Shown in pieces: positions 1 through 12,570 of a DNA stretch of 64,000 nt. The DNA is taken from contig NC_043007.1 in the NCBI RefSeq assembly GCF_006345805.1, forward strand, positions 16,492,001-16,556,000. Reading direction: 5' to 3'. The stretch's first letter is position 1. Each line of letters opens with the position of its first letter. The DNA comes from Octopus sinensis. Its lineage: Eukaryota. The notes under the pieces were generated by a model that was not told the origin of the DNA, did no database searches, and saw only the letters and a list, made by a program, of their open reading frames with translations. The position numbers and the translations under genes were made by a program.

Positions 1-448
1 TTGAGAGAAATAATGAGAAGTTTTTAAAAAGATTCATTTTTGGAAAAAAAAAAAAAGTATTCCTTTCTCCAATAAGGAAATTACAAAAATGATGTTTGGT
101 GATACAAACATTTTTTTCTTTTTTTTTGAGATGATAAAAATATTTTAGATATTTTTGATGATAATAAAATATATCAAAATAGGTTTCAAGGTAAAAATAA
201 TTTTAAATATTTTCGGTGGTAAAAAACATTTTAAATATTTTTCGTTGATTAAAAATATTTTTAAAATATTTAGAATATGTTTGGTACTAAAATTAGTTAA
301 AAATATATTTGATGGGGAGAAAAAGTTTTAATTGTTTATGGTGATAAAGAAATATTAAGTAATTCTGAATTTTAAAGTAATGTTCTTTTTATTTATATTT
401 ATTCATTTATTTATTTATTTATCTATTCATTTATTTATTTGTCTTTAG

Positions 449-584
449 ACTTTCAATGAGGCCACGGATGAAGAAAAGGAACAAGGAGAAGCACTGAGAA
501 GCAAATTTATGGAAATTGCAGGAGAGGATATGGAAATTAATTCCTATGAACTCAGAGATGTCCTGAATACCGTCTTCAAAAGCG
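449..584 (+). CDS. CAPN: Classical calpain, linker/EF1 exon of PEF domain (upstream exons outside window)
   Basis: tttag acceptor, G|gttggt donor; reads TFNEATDEEKEQGEALRSKFMEIAGEDMEINSYELRDVLNTVFKS, matching the calpain EF1 motif (AGEDMEI..ELR.ILN). Confidence 0.92.
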
Positions 585-871
585 GTTGGTTTCTTTTTCA
601 TCTGTGTTTTTTGTAATTCTCTCAAAGGTTCCACTCAATTAAAAAAAATTACTAGATCGGCAGTTTGTTAGAAAATCTGTAGGTGCTTTTAGACTTCATC
701 TTTAGCACATATTTATGAAATGCCTGAGAAAATTTTATCTTAGAATAATCAAGTTTTGTGGATTACTCGACTAAAAACTTAACATCAAAGAAGTACCAAT
801 CTACCATACAAATTCTTAGTATTTTTTCAATTATTCCCCCAAAATGCATTCGTTTAAGGTCTTTCTGTATG

Positions 872-874
872 ATT

Positions 875-915
<41 letters not shown>

Positions 916-1010
916 GTGTATATGTGTATGTATATGTGTATATATGTATGTATATGTGTGTATATGTATGTATATGTGTATATATGTATGTATATGTGTA
1001 TATATGTATG

Positions 1011-1044
<34 letters not shown>

Positions 1045-1143
1045 TATATATATATACACACACATATATATATACACACACACACACATATATATATATA
1101 CACACACACACATATATATATATACACACACACACATATATAT

Positions 1144-1204
<61 letters not shown>

Positions 1205-1285
1205 CACACATATATATATATACACACACGTATATATCCATATATATACATATATATATACATGTATATATATATATATATATAT
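872..1285. repeat. Compound (TA)n/(TG)n/(CA)n microsatellite
   Basis: Directly visible dinucleotide arrays. Confidence 0.97.
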
Positions 1286-2120
1286 TGATAAAAATGGTAA
1301 GACAACAAAAGAATGAAAGAGACCTTGATATTATGTAAATTGAGGAAATTATCTGTAAATGTAATATGTGACAATTATTCGGTAGCCAAGATCGGCATCC
1401 AAAACTCGGAGTTTTATCATGGCTACCGAATGATTGTCACATATTACATTTACAGATATGTGTGTGTGCGTGTGTTTGAAAACTGGAAATAGTCAACGCC
1501 ACTACTAAAAGCAACTCCCTCTATAAATTTGCCCAGAATGCGTGTGTTTGAAATGTTGAACAATGAAAGCATAATATACACCAAAATACACACACTAGGA
1601 AAACTTATCCGCTCGCCTTGAGACCCCTGACATATCTACAATTAATGTTACATTCTTAGGTCAGTAAAGCTAGCCATCTTGAGCAATACCAAAACTACTG
1701 ACAATGTTATCAGCAAGTTATACACATACTATGTCTAAATTTCCACTATAATTCTCGATTCTGGAGATTCCATTCCAGTGTAAAACACAATGGAAACCAA
1801 AGGTAAATTCAAATAACTTAGATAAAATAAATTGCATTAATTGTATATATGTCAGTGGCCTCATGGATAAGAAAGATGTTATGACTTTCAGTCTTGAAAT
1901 GAAAGTCACTAGTTAAAAGTGATCCTTGATAAGGCATCTGTTGATGATTAGAGATCAAATTGGTTAAAATGTAATGGAGATGTAAATACAGAAGATTAAA
2001 ATATCTTTCATCTGTAAAGCAGCCTAATTTATGTATGTGTGTGTGTGTGTATATATATATATACATACACACACACCCATTGGGCTTCTTTATAAATATG
2101 TGTGTATGTATGTATATATA

Positions 2121-2440
2121 TATCACCGTGATCACAATTACCGCCCAGGTTATCAGATGTTGTTACACATCGCTAGTCACAATGCGCTTTGCATTGTTTT
2201 GGCCTTCAAATGACGCCACCCCGCTGGCTAAGCGAGCAGGCCAACAGAAAAAAGAGTGAGAGAAAGTTGTGGCGAAAGAGTACAGCAGGGATCGCCACCC
2301 CCCACCCACCCCTGCCTGAGCCTCATGGAGCTTTAGGTGTTTTCGCTCAATAAACGCTCACAACGCCCGGTCTGGGAATCGAAACCGTGATCCTACGACC
2401 ACGAGTCTGCTGCCGTAACCACTGGGCCATTGCGCCTCCA
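2121..2440 (-). mobile_element. tRNA-derived SINE, family S2, variant 3' tail
   Basis: Head TGGCCCAGTGG (A box) ... GGTTTCGATTCC (B box), shared with the copies at 19483 and 24655. Confidence 0.85.
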
Positions 2441-2444
2441 TGTG

Positions 2445-2477
<33 letters not shown>

Positions 2478-3331
2478 ATATGTATGTATATATATATGTA
2501 TGTATATATATGTGTGTGTGTGTGTGTATATGTATGTATATATATATGTATATATATATGTATGTATATATATATGTGTGTATGTATATATATATGTGTA
2601 TGTATATATATATGTGTATATATATATATGTGTGTGTATGTATATATATATATATGTGTATGCATGTATATATATGTGTATGCATGTATATATATGTGTA
2701 TGCATGTATATATATGTGTATGCATGTATATATATGTGTATGTATATATATATATATATATATATGTGTATGCATGTATATATATGTGTATGCATGTATA
2801 TATATGTGTATGCATGTATATATATGTGTATGCATGTATATATATGTGTATGCATGTATATATATGTGTATGTATATATATTATATATATGTGTGTATGC
2901 ATGTATATATATGTGTATGTATATATATATATGTGTGTATGTATATATATGTATGTATATTATATATGTATGTATATATATATGTGTGTATATATATATG
3001 TATATATATGTGTATATATATATATATGTGTATGTATATATATATATATATATATGTGTGTATGCATGTATATATATGTGTGTATGTATATATATATATA
3101 TATGTGTATGCATGTATATATATATGTGTATGTATATTATATATATATATGTGTATGCATGTATATATATATATATGTGTATGTATATATATATATATAT
3201 GTATGTGTATGTATATTATATATATATGTATATGTATGTATATATATATATATGTGTATGTTATATATATGTATGTATATATATATATGTATGTGTATGT
3301 ATATATATATGTATGTGTATGTATATATATA

Positions 3332-3362
<31 letters not shown>
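2441..3362. repeat. Compound TA/TG satellite with a 20-bp higher-order unit
   Basis: tgcatgtatatatatgtgta x4 (2661-2740) and x5 (2771-2870). Confidence 0.97.
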
Positions 3363-3584
3363 TATATTAAATTAGAGATAAGACCACTATTAGGCACTAT
3401 TATTTCTATGTATTGGTTTATGTTTTTCACTGTTTGATTTGCCTAATAGTGGTTTTATCTCTAATTTAATATAATATATATATATATATATATATATTTA
3501 TACTATAAAATTAGATTTAATCTTAAATCTGATTTTTCCCTGTAAGTTTGGATTTACTCCCTAATATTATATTGTATATATATA

Positions 3585-3630
<46 letters not shown>

Positions 3631-4730
3631 TATACATAGACAATAACAAAAGATGAAATTAGTAGTAATAGTTCAAGTGTTTTTTTGTTTTTTTTACTTT
3701 TAATCCACAAAACTAGTAAAGCACATTTTTTAAGCTTATAATCCACAGAATTAATAAAGCACATTTTGTATTTGTGTGTGTTACCTCACTGTTGAAATTA
3801 ACCAAACATTGTTAGTTCCTAGCCAAAAAATATATGTTTGTGTTATCTAGCAATGCTTCTGTGATAAACAGAGGAAGTACAGAAATAGTTTAGTGATTAT
3901 TAAGGATTTCTGTGAGTATTTTTTAGATTTTACTGTTTGGCTTTTTGAAGAAGACTTTCTTTAATAACTTCTCCATGGCTTGTTTAGTTATAATAAACTG
4001 TGCTGTAATAGTCTGGCAGTTAAAACAAATGGAATATTAAAATGTCTGTTGCTTCTGGCTTCCTTCCAAGTAATGTGAAAATATGTGTTATATCATAAAA
4101 GCTAAAAGACACTAGTTTATTAACTGTTTAAATTAAATTAGATTCATTGATTAGCAAATCTCTTTGGAATCGTTTATAGTGAAATCAGATCCATAAAATA
4201 ACTTGAAAAAATTCATAAAATTTACAAAATTTGAAGAATTTAGTTAAAATATTTATCATCTTAGTTTCATAACTTTATATTTTTTATATTTTGTTCTTTT
4301 TTTTTTTTAATTATAAACTTTTCTTAATTATTCTAAACTTTTGACTTTTGACAACTCACATTATATATATTTCTTTTAAGAAAAAAAACTAGATCATTAA
4401 AATGACAATAAGATTAATTTTGATTGCATGTGATAGTGCCAATAATGAGGATATTTATAATAATAATTATAATGGTAATAATACAGCTTAAGAAGAGTAC
4501 AATGCGATATGTAATAAAATATGAATTGATTTCGTTTATTGAATTGAACAATATTTCAACAGTATATCTGTCTTCTGATATAACCCATATATGCCCGTGA
4601 AAAAATGAAGTTTTAAATTTTGCTGCATTTAGATTAAACGTTATGGTAAGCTTTCACAATCTGGAAGAGAAGGACAGTATGCAGCTGTTAGCTACGGGTG
4701 TCAACTACCTACTGAACATTTCATATGCTC

Positions 4731-5028
4731 ACATTCGAGCGAGGTCGTTGCCAGTGCCGCTGGACTGGCTCCTGTGCAGGTGGCACATAAAAAGCAGCAT
4801 TTGAGCGTGTCCGCTGCCAGTACCACCTGACTGGCCCTCGTGCCAGTGGCACATAGAAAGCACCCACTACACTCTGAGAGTGGTTGGCGTTAGGAAGGGC
4901 ATCCAGCTGTAGAAACTCTGCCAGATCAGATTGGAGTCTGGTGCAGCCATCTGGTTCGCCAAACCTCAGTCAAATCGTCCAACCCATGCTAGCACGGAAA
5001 GCGGACATTAAACGATGATGATGATGAT
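4731..5028 (+). mobile_element. SINE S3 with (GAT)n tail, 5'-truncated
   Basis: gttggcgttaggaagggcatccagctgtagaaac core and cccatgctagc...taaacgatgatgatg tail, recurrent in the window. Confidence 0.85.
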
Positions 5029-8000
5029 TACTCAGATTCTTCCTGGTGAATTCATGTCCAAAAAAGTAGGAGCAGATTTTGCATTGCGAAAATGCAACCA
5101 GGAGTATATATGGGTAAAACAGAAGCATATACAGAACTGCATAAATTCTTTCTAAATGTCTTTTCATTTCAAATTTTGAATTTTTATATTTCTGTGTATT
5201 TTTCATTTTTCTTTTTGAATCCAAAGACATACTGTTGAAATATTGTTCAGTTTAATAAACAAAGTCAATGAACCTGGTACAGCTTTTTGGCCTGCCAGTA
5301 TGGAAAACAGACATTGGCAGCAGCTGCTGCTGTTGTTGTTGTTGTTGTTAAGCAACAAGACGAGTGAGGGTGATTAGATGATGGTCTAGGGCTTAGGCAC
5401 GGGAGACCCCAGACCTTGGGAAAAAAAACTTTGATCGTGTTGTTGTAGTCAAGGGCTCTTCATTGATGCTCAACATCACTGGGAGGTGTCCCTCGAAGTC
5501 GCTGGAAATGGAGATCTCCAGGTCCAAATTCTTGAACGGCAACTGACGACGACGATGCAGAATCTCTATTTTATTGCATATCGTATCATGCTCTTCTCTT
5601 GTATTTACCCTCATGAAGAGCTACACAATCTTCATGAATAAATAATATTAAGAAGAATTAGCAAATAAGCTGGACTACAAAAATACAGTGTTTTAATAAG
5701 TGATGGTTGCGAAGACACTAGTAGGTGCCATGCATAATCCAGTTTAGTGTTTTGGACTTCTAAGTTCAATCCTATGTTGAAGATTGAACTCTGAAATAGC
5801 TAAAATAGGCAGCACAAAGACTGAGTCAACTGGATGTCTTTCAGAAAAAGAAAAAAATTCCAGTGTGTATTTTTAAAGAATTTCTATTATATTTGTGATG
5901 TTAATTTCTTAGTTATTCCTAGTCTAATTAATGTAAAGTTTGTTTAATTGTGAGTAATTTTCACATGTTTTTTTATTTATCATTTTTTACACATTTGTTA
6001 TTTCTTGTTCTTGCACAAAATACACCAGCCTAATGAATCAGCCATCAGCTGAAATGAGCAAAGAGCTAGCTCCAATATTGGTACTAAATAGTTCTGCAAC
6101 ACCGACCTGTCAACAGTAGACTTCACTCAAAGTTTTGAGTTATACAATGTTGTACATCTATCCTTTTTTTATCACTGGTCCATGATAACATGGCATGATT
6201 AATTGTAAACCATTATAAATTAACCTGTGACAACACAGGTTGGCAATCAGTTAAAGATTTGCTTGGACTGCAGATGCATGCCCTAGCAATCACCCACAAT
6301 GCTCAGCTACCCAAATTGCACTAATTATCAGCTCATATTCACATCACCATGCTGCAAGCTTGCATATTTTTTATATGAACTTATTTACACATACCCTCGA
6401 CGTGCCACCAGTGAACAGAAAAATATTTTTCAGCGCTATGTTTTTATTATTCAATGATCATATTTTATTAAATTCTACTCTAAATATTATTCCAACCATG
6501 AAATAATATCGTTGTATGTATTTAAAAACTGTTTGAGGGGGTGTTATTTGCGTTAATAAGACGGACAACTTGGAGTCCTGGAATAAAACCAAATTTTCTT
6601 ATATCTTCTGCGATTCATTTATAACTGATTCATTTAACACAGCAGAGCTTATTTTTATTCTTTTTGTAATCAAACACCAGTGATAAACAAGGATAGATGT
6701 ACAATGTTTGTGTTTCCTATATTTGTATAACAACCACCGATATTAATGTGCACCAATTTGAATACTTTATTGCCACATCAGACAGACTAAAGACTAAGAA
6801 TTTCAATGATTTTATTTTCATTTTCGTTTTTATTTCCATTCACTTTGTTATCTAGGCTCATTTGTTGGTAAGCTATGTTTTCTAATCCTTTTCAACTGCA
6901 AGTTTCTGCTTGTAACTCTCATTCGTAGTCTCACATATTAGAAACTGCACGATAGAAAACTGCTTTTTTTATCATAGTTGCAGCTCATTCCTCTGCATCT
7001 ACAGAATATGCACTTTTACAATTGCTCATAAATGAAAGTATTACTCTTCATCTGCAGATTTATGGGGCAGAAAATATTTTCAATTTCAGAGAATGCAAAC
7101 TATGCATGAAAGAGAACAGCTCTCTTCTGTCAGGATTATAACTGAATAAGATCCTTTATTTGTATGCAAAATAGAATTGAACTAATCCTGACTTATATTT
7201 TCAGTTAGAGATTTATCTTAGTATTTTAATACTAAATCGATGAACTTTCCCATCTATTAGAAAACAAAATTTAGGATTGGAATATTCGTCTAAAAATCAT
7301 TAATATATAGATCAATAATGACCAACTTGTCGGATAAAGAAAACCATATATAATAATTTTTATATGTTCAAATGCCACAACATATATTTATTAAAAAACT
7401 TATATAAAAGAAAATTTATTTAGCCACAATTTCACTCTTTAAACTTGATTGATTAATCTCTGCTTGTTTGAAGACTTTTACTGGGTCTCAAATGATATTA
7501 ATACTTTAAAATCCTGCTGATGGGTTGTTAAACCTGCTTTAAGAAAAATAATACCCAAACCCATTGTTATCTCAGAGCCACACATAATAGCTTTGAGTGC
7601 TGCAGTTTGGTCATTGTTGTTATAGATTAACAGATAATCTTTAATAACTAAGTGCCTTTATTTCATTAAGACGTATTAATTTCTTTAAAAACTAAATTTT
7701 GAAGTTAAATTTATAGCCAAGTCAACAGAGCCCTGCTGCTCTTATCTGTTACCATATCAAGTAAAGAATATTTTTCTGTAGATTTTGAAATTAATTGCTA
7801 TGTTTAACTAATTTCTGGTTCAACTGAAGGAAAGAATGTTACTAATTACACATTAGTTAGCCACTATTATAATGAAGATATTATTACTGTCAGTAATAAA
7901 GTATTACGTTGTGAACTAATACGTTAATCAGTTCTGCAGATTTCTATGAAAACTTGCAAGCATCACAATTTGTATGAAAACCTGCAAGTACCACAATACA

Positions 8001-9727
8001 TATGAAAGCTTGCAAGTTTTAGAAGAGAAGTGACAATAATAATTTACATATTTTTCATCATTGGTACAAGTTTCATTGATAATTTCTTTCAAATACACCA
8101 GATATTTTGGAAATTAGTCTGATATATTTCAAACCTTTCTTTTCTTTGGGATATTTTTTACTCACACTAATAAGCTATAAATAGCTTAGCGGCTTTAAAC
8201 TTTTTAGCACAAAAACACATTTAAATTAAATTTTTTTATATAACAACAATTAAGTTAGCGACACGGTATTTAAATTTTCTAAATGTGGGTTATTATTTTG
8301 GTTTTAATGTCACTATGGTAAAATTAAATCTCTGCAAACCACTTTTGTTCTTGTTCACTATTCTATATAGCTTAACTAAAATACATTTAACTTTCTTTTT
8401 TCCTGCTAATAATACAGCTATTCTGCAATAGTTTAAAACAGTTAAATTAATGCTTCACAAAAACTCAAATGGAAAGCTTTCTATAATTCTAACACACTAT
8501 GACAAACCTCATTTTCCAAAGCTTCCAAATATTTAACAATTTTTCTACTGCAGGTCTTTGAATTCCTTGATGCTGTCACCATTGTTCAGCAATTATTTCA
8601 TTTATTCCAATTCTTGTAATATTTCTGTATTGTTTCCAGTTTTTCAGTTTTAACTTTGAAAACCTCAATAACAGAATTTTTATCATTGAGTAATCATCTA
8701 TTAATTGTTTCATTATTATCAACTTTAATAAGCATCATTTGTTATTGAGGTGGTTCAAAGGTTATAGAGGTTATTTGTCTTTAAAGTTGTTCTTTAATGG
8801 CAAATATTTCCTTTGAATTATTATATAAATGTGTGTTTTTTAAATTGTTCGAATGATGTTTTGTTGAAATGTTTGTAAGACTTTAGCAATATGTTGTTGA
8901 TATGCTGTCCTGTATTGTTAACCTGTAATAACCATGTCACAATTTACCCTCAGTTCTAACAAATGCATATATTTTTGTATGGAAATTAAATTAATTTCAG
9001 CTAACAGAATGACAGAACGATGGTAAGGCATGTGTGCAGATGCGCATATATACAAATTCTATATCACAATATTATATATTTTTTACCACAGCTAGCAAAG
9101 ATTAATTCTTGCCAGACTTTCCTTAGATTTGAACCTTTTCCGAAATGAAACACAGAGGAGGTTATGTAATTTAAGCTTAACATCTTTGCAACATTCATTT
9201 TGTCAATGCTAGTATGAGCTTGATAAATCTTTAGTACATCAACCCTCCTGCTTTCTCCATATCGTAAGCCCACCCACCCTGTCATTTTATTTAGAAAGTC
9301 TCTATATCTTCAGATTTAACTCTGCTATTTCTTTAGTAATATTTATCCCCTCTTAAACATGGATGTTCTGTTAGAAGAAGCTATACTGTGGTTTGTAACC
9401 AATGAGAGAAACTCCCATATTGGCCTTTGGTGCAAAATGCACTCCGGTTTATATCACTAACAGGGAGACAAATCCCCTCCACCTCCAATGCCGAGACCAC
9501 CAGATCACATGGTTTCAACCTTCCTTGGTCTTGTCAGTGATGGACATTCAACTGTTAGGAATAGCAGCAATTCCCCCCCCCACTAGTGATATATAGAATA
9601 ATGGTGCCAGAACAGGAGCTGGTTATGCAATTAGCCAGTGACCTTGTTAAAAAATATTTGTCAGTGACAGAGGCAGTATTATTAATACCAAGGTAATATT
9701 TATTCCCACTTAAACATGGATGCTTAA

Positions 9728-9948
9728 CCCTTTCATTACCAACCCAGCTGAAACCGGCTCTGGCTCTTTAGTACAAATGTCTGGCTTTCAAAAGATCTGA
9801 ATTAAAACCTTCCACCAAACCTTAGTCACAATTTATGTCCCTAACTCTAGCTTAATGATAACGATGTTATTTTACTTAATTCTTTGTTATATTTAACATA
9901 ATTGGAAGAAACACTGAGCATCTCAAAATAAATTCAGTAACGAAAGGG
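9728..9948 (+). mobile_element. piggyBac-like MITE family A
   Basis: TTAA|CCCTTTC ... GAAAGGG|TTAA; second copy 13292-13494, partial copy near 58830. Confidence 0.85.
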
Positions 9949-11231
9949 TTAAATCTCCTCTATATCTCTTTCCAGATAACCTTTCTTTATCGACTCACAG
10001 TGTTTCTCTGCTACTCATACATACATTTTAGATATTTATCTACCCTCTCATGATAGATTTTGTTTATCCCCTTTCTTCAACTCTTTACAACCTTGTCATT
10101 TACTCTTATAGTCTTAACTTCATCTTTCCTCCATCATGTTACCATCTTTCCTCCATCATGATGGTCTATTTTTAAATAGTTCTTGAACACTTCCACCCAA
10201 CTAAGAACCCAGGAACATTGCTCTTCTTGCCCCAGTTTGCCTACTTGAATTTCAGTGCTAAGAAAAATATTGAGATACTCCACCAATTTTTAAAAAAATA
10301 CCATTATTTTCAAAACAATTCTACTCATGCTAGCATGAAAAATATGGATGTAAAACAACAAAATTTAGTAATAGTTGTAGTTTTAATCATAATAATAATA
10401 AAGGTAATAAATTCCTAACAGATTACACTTTTTGTAGCCACAAAGCTCAAACTTTAACGAGTAGAAATACCTCTTCTGTGGAATGTTTCCTTAGTTACCC
10501 TACCCTGCCTTAGCTAAGATGTTGTGATGTTATCTCTGTGAATATCGTTGTAGCAAAAATCTATTATAATTTCGTTGTCTGAATCTTTCATTATTTAACT
10601 GATGTGTGTGCAAAGAGACACTATTTAAATTTTATAAGTATTTAACTTCTTTCTAGCTTCTTTTATTCTAATTTTCTTACTCTTTATTTTGACAGTTTCA
10701 CAAATGCTAAGGTGAACTTTAGCCTTTTGTGATCTTTATTTGTTGAATTGGAGCCAAGCACTCAGAGCCATCTTTAAGGGCTCAGATGCTCAGGGGCTGT
10801 ACCTAAGAAGTGAACCTCCACCCTCCACCATCTTAAACTATGTGTTCCCATATGTTCCTTCTTCCCAAGGGATTCATGGATTCATGGTCTTTTTTGGGCC
10901 TTGGTACTGCAGCACCATAGCACCTACCTTAAAATGGCACTGCAAATGCTACAGATATGATTTATGTTAATACTGTAGACTGCTGATTCTTGTGATAATT
11001 TCAGGAGGAGTAGATTAGTTTGTGATACAGATATTTTAAAACCACACACACATTATAAAGTATTGTAGGGAGTTATGTTCAGTTATGCAAAATTCAAAGG
11101 AACAAAGACAACTATTATCATAATAAATAAAGGAAATATGCAGTTCAATAGCATTGTGTAAAATAAAGGCTTGACTCTCAGGCAGACAATCTTTGGAGTG
11201 AAGGTGTGGCAGTCTTATATATATATATATA

Positions 11232-11709
11232 TATCGAAGTCAAATTCGATGACTGGCATCCGTACTAGTAGAGCACTAAAAGCACCATCCAAGCGTGATC
11301 GTTGCCACAGCAACATACTGGCTTCCATGCCGGTGGCACATAAAAAGCACTATTCGAGCATGATCGTTACCTGCGTCGCCTTACTGGCACTTCTGCTAGT
11401 GGCACGTGAAAAACATTCGAGCGAGGTCGTTGCCAGTGTCGCTGGACTGGCTCCTGTGCAGGTGGCACATAAAAAGCACCATTTGAGCTTGGCTGTTGCC
11501 AGTACCGCCTGACTGGCCCTCGTGCTGGTGGCACGTAAAAGCACCCACTACACTCTCAGAGTGGTTGGCATTAGGAAGAACATCTAGATGTAGAAACTGT
11601 GCCAGATCAGATTGGGGCCTGGTGCAGCCATCTGGTTCGCCAGACCTCAGTCAAATTGTCCAACCCATGCTAGCATGGAAAGCAGACATTAAATGATGAT
11701 GATGATGAT
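11232..11709 (+). mobile_element. SINE S3, longest copy, with internal ~65-bp repeats
   Basis: Repeated ggtggcacataaaaagcac units; (GAT)n tail. Confidence 0.85.
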
Positions 11710-12284
11710 TACTCAGATTCTTCCTGGTGAATTCGTGTCCAATTCGTAAATTGCTAAAATGGAACTCTTCCTTGATATAATCACTATGGATAAAGTAACA
11801 TCAGAGATTAGCAGGTTTCCCCCTGACCCCACTCCCTAAAGGATATATAGTTTAACCCAGTAATCATATTTTACTTTAAGTAAATAAATTCCATACTTGC
11901 TTTATCAATTTGTATTTGTGTTCTGTAATGGAGAAATAAAATAGCGATGCTGATTATTGTAAATACAAAAATTCTGCTACCTTACCATCCCTGCTTCCTG
12001 CTGTAATATGTTTTGCTTTGTATTAATAACATCAATGTTATAAATATTGTTTTTATGTTGGTAAAATATCTTGTTTCAGCTCCTGATTCACAACACAGTC
12101 ACAGATTAATTTACTTTATACGGTTGCTATCAATTGTTGTTACAACAGCAAAAATCATTTTATGCCGTTTTTCTATGAGTTGTTATAACAGTAGTGAGAT
12201 TAAGGTACTAGACTAGTGTCTAGTTCATTTTGGTAAGAGTTCAAATCACATCATTACAGCAGTGTTTTGTTGTATTCTTGAGGA

Positions 12285-12286
<2 letters not shown>

Positions 12287-12325
<39 letters not shown>

Positions 12326-12466
12326 CATGCATATATATATATATATAGATATATATATATATATACACACACATACATGCATATATATATATAGATATAT
12401 ATATATATATATACACACATACATGCATATATATATATATTATATATACATATATATATATATATC

Positions 12467-12502
<36 letters not shown>

Positions 12503-12519
12503 ATATACACACATAATGC

Positions 12520-12570
<51 letters not shown>
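12287..12570. repeat. Compound TA/CA microsatellite
   Basis: Directly visible. Confidence 0.95.

Noticed and set aside
431-634. 67-aa minus-strand ORF
   Set aside because: Antisense shadow of the calpain exon 449-584.
758-3437. Long Y/I/H/T/V/C/M-rich ORFs (up to 335 aa), and similar ones near 12246-12575 and 15949-16391
   Set aside because: Translations of TA/TG/CA microsatellites, which lack stop codons by composition.
11350-11500. Regularly spaced ~65-bp repeats resembling a CRISPR array
   Set aside because: Internal repeats of SINE S3 with related spacers, in a eukaryotic intron.
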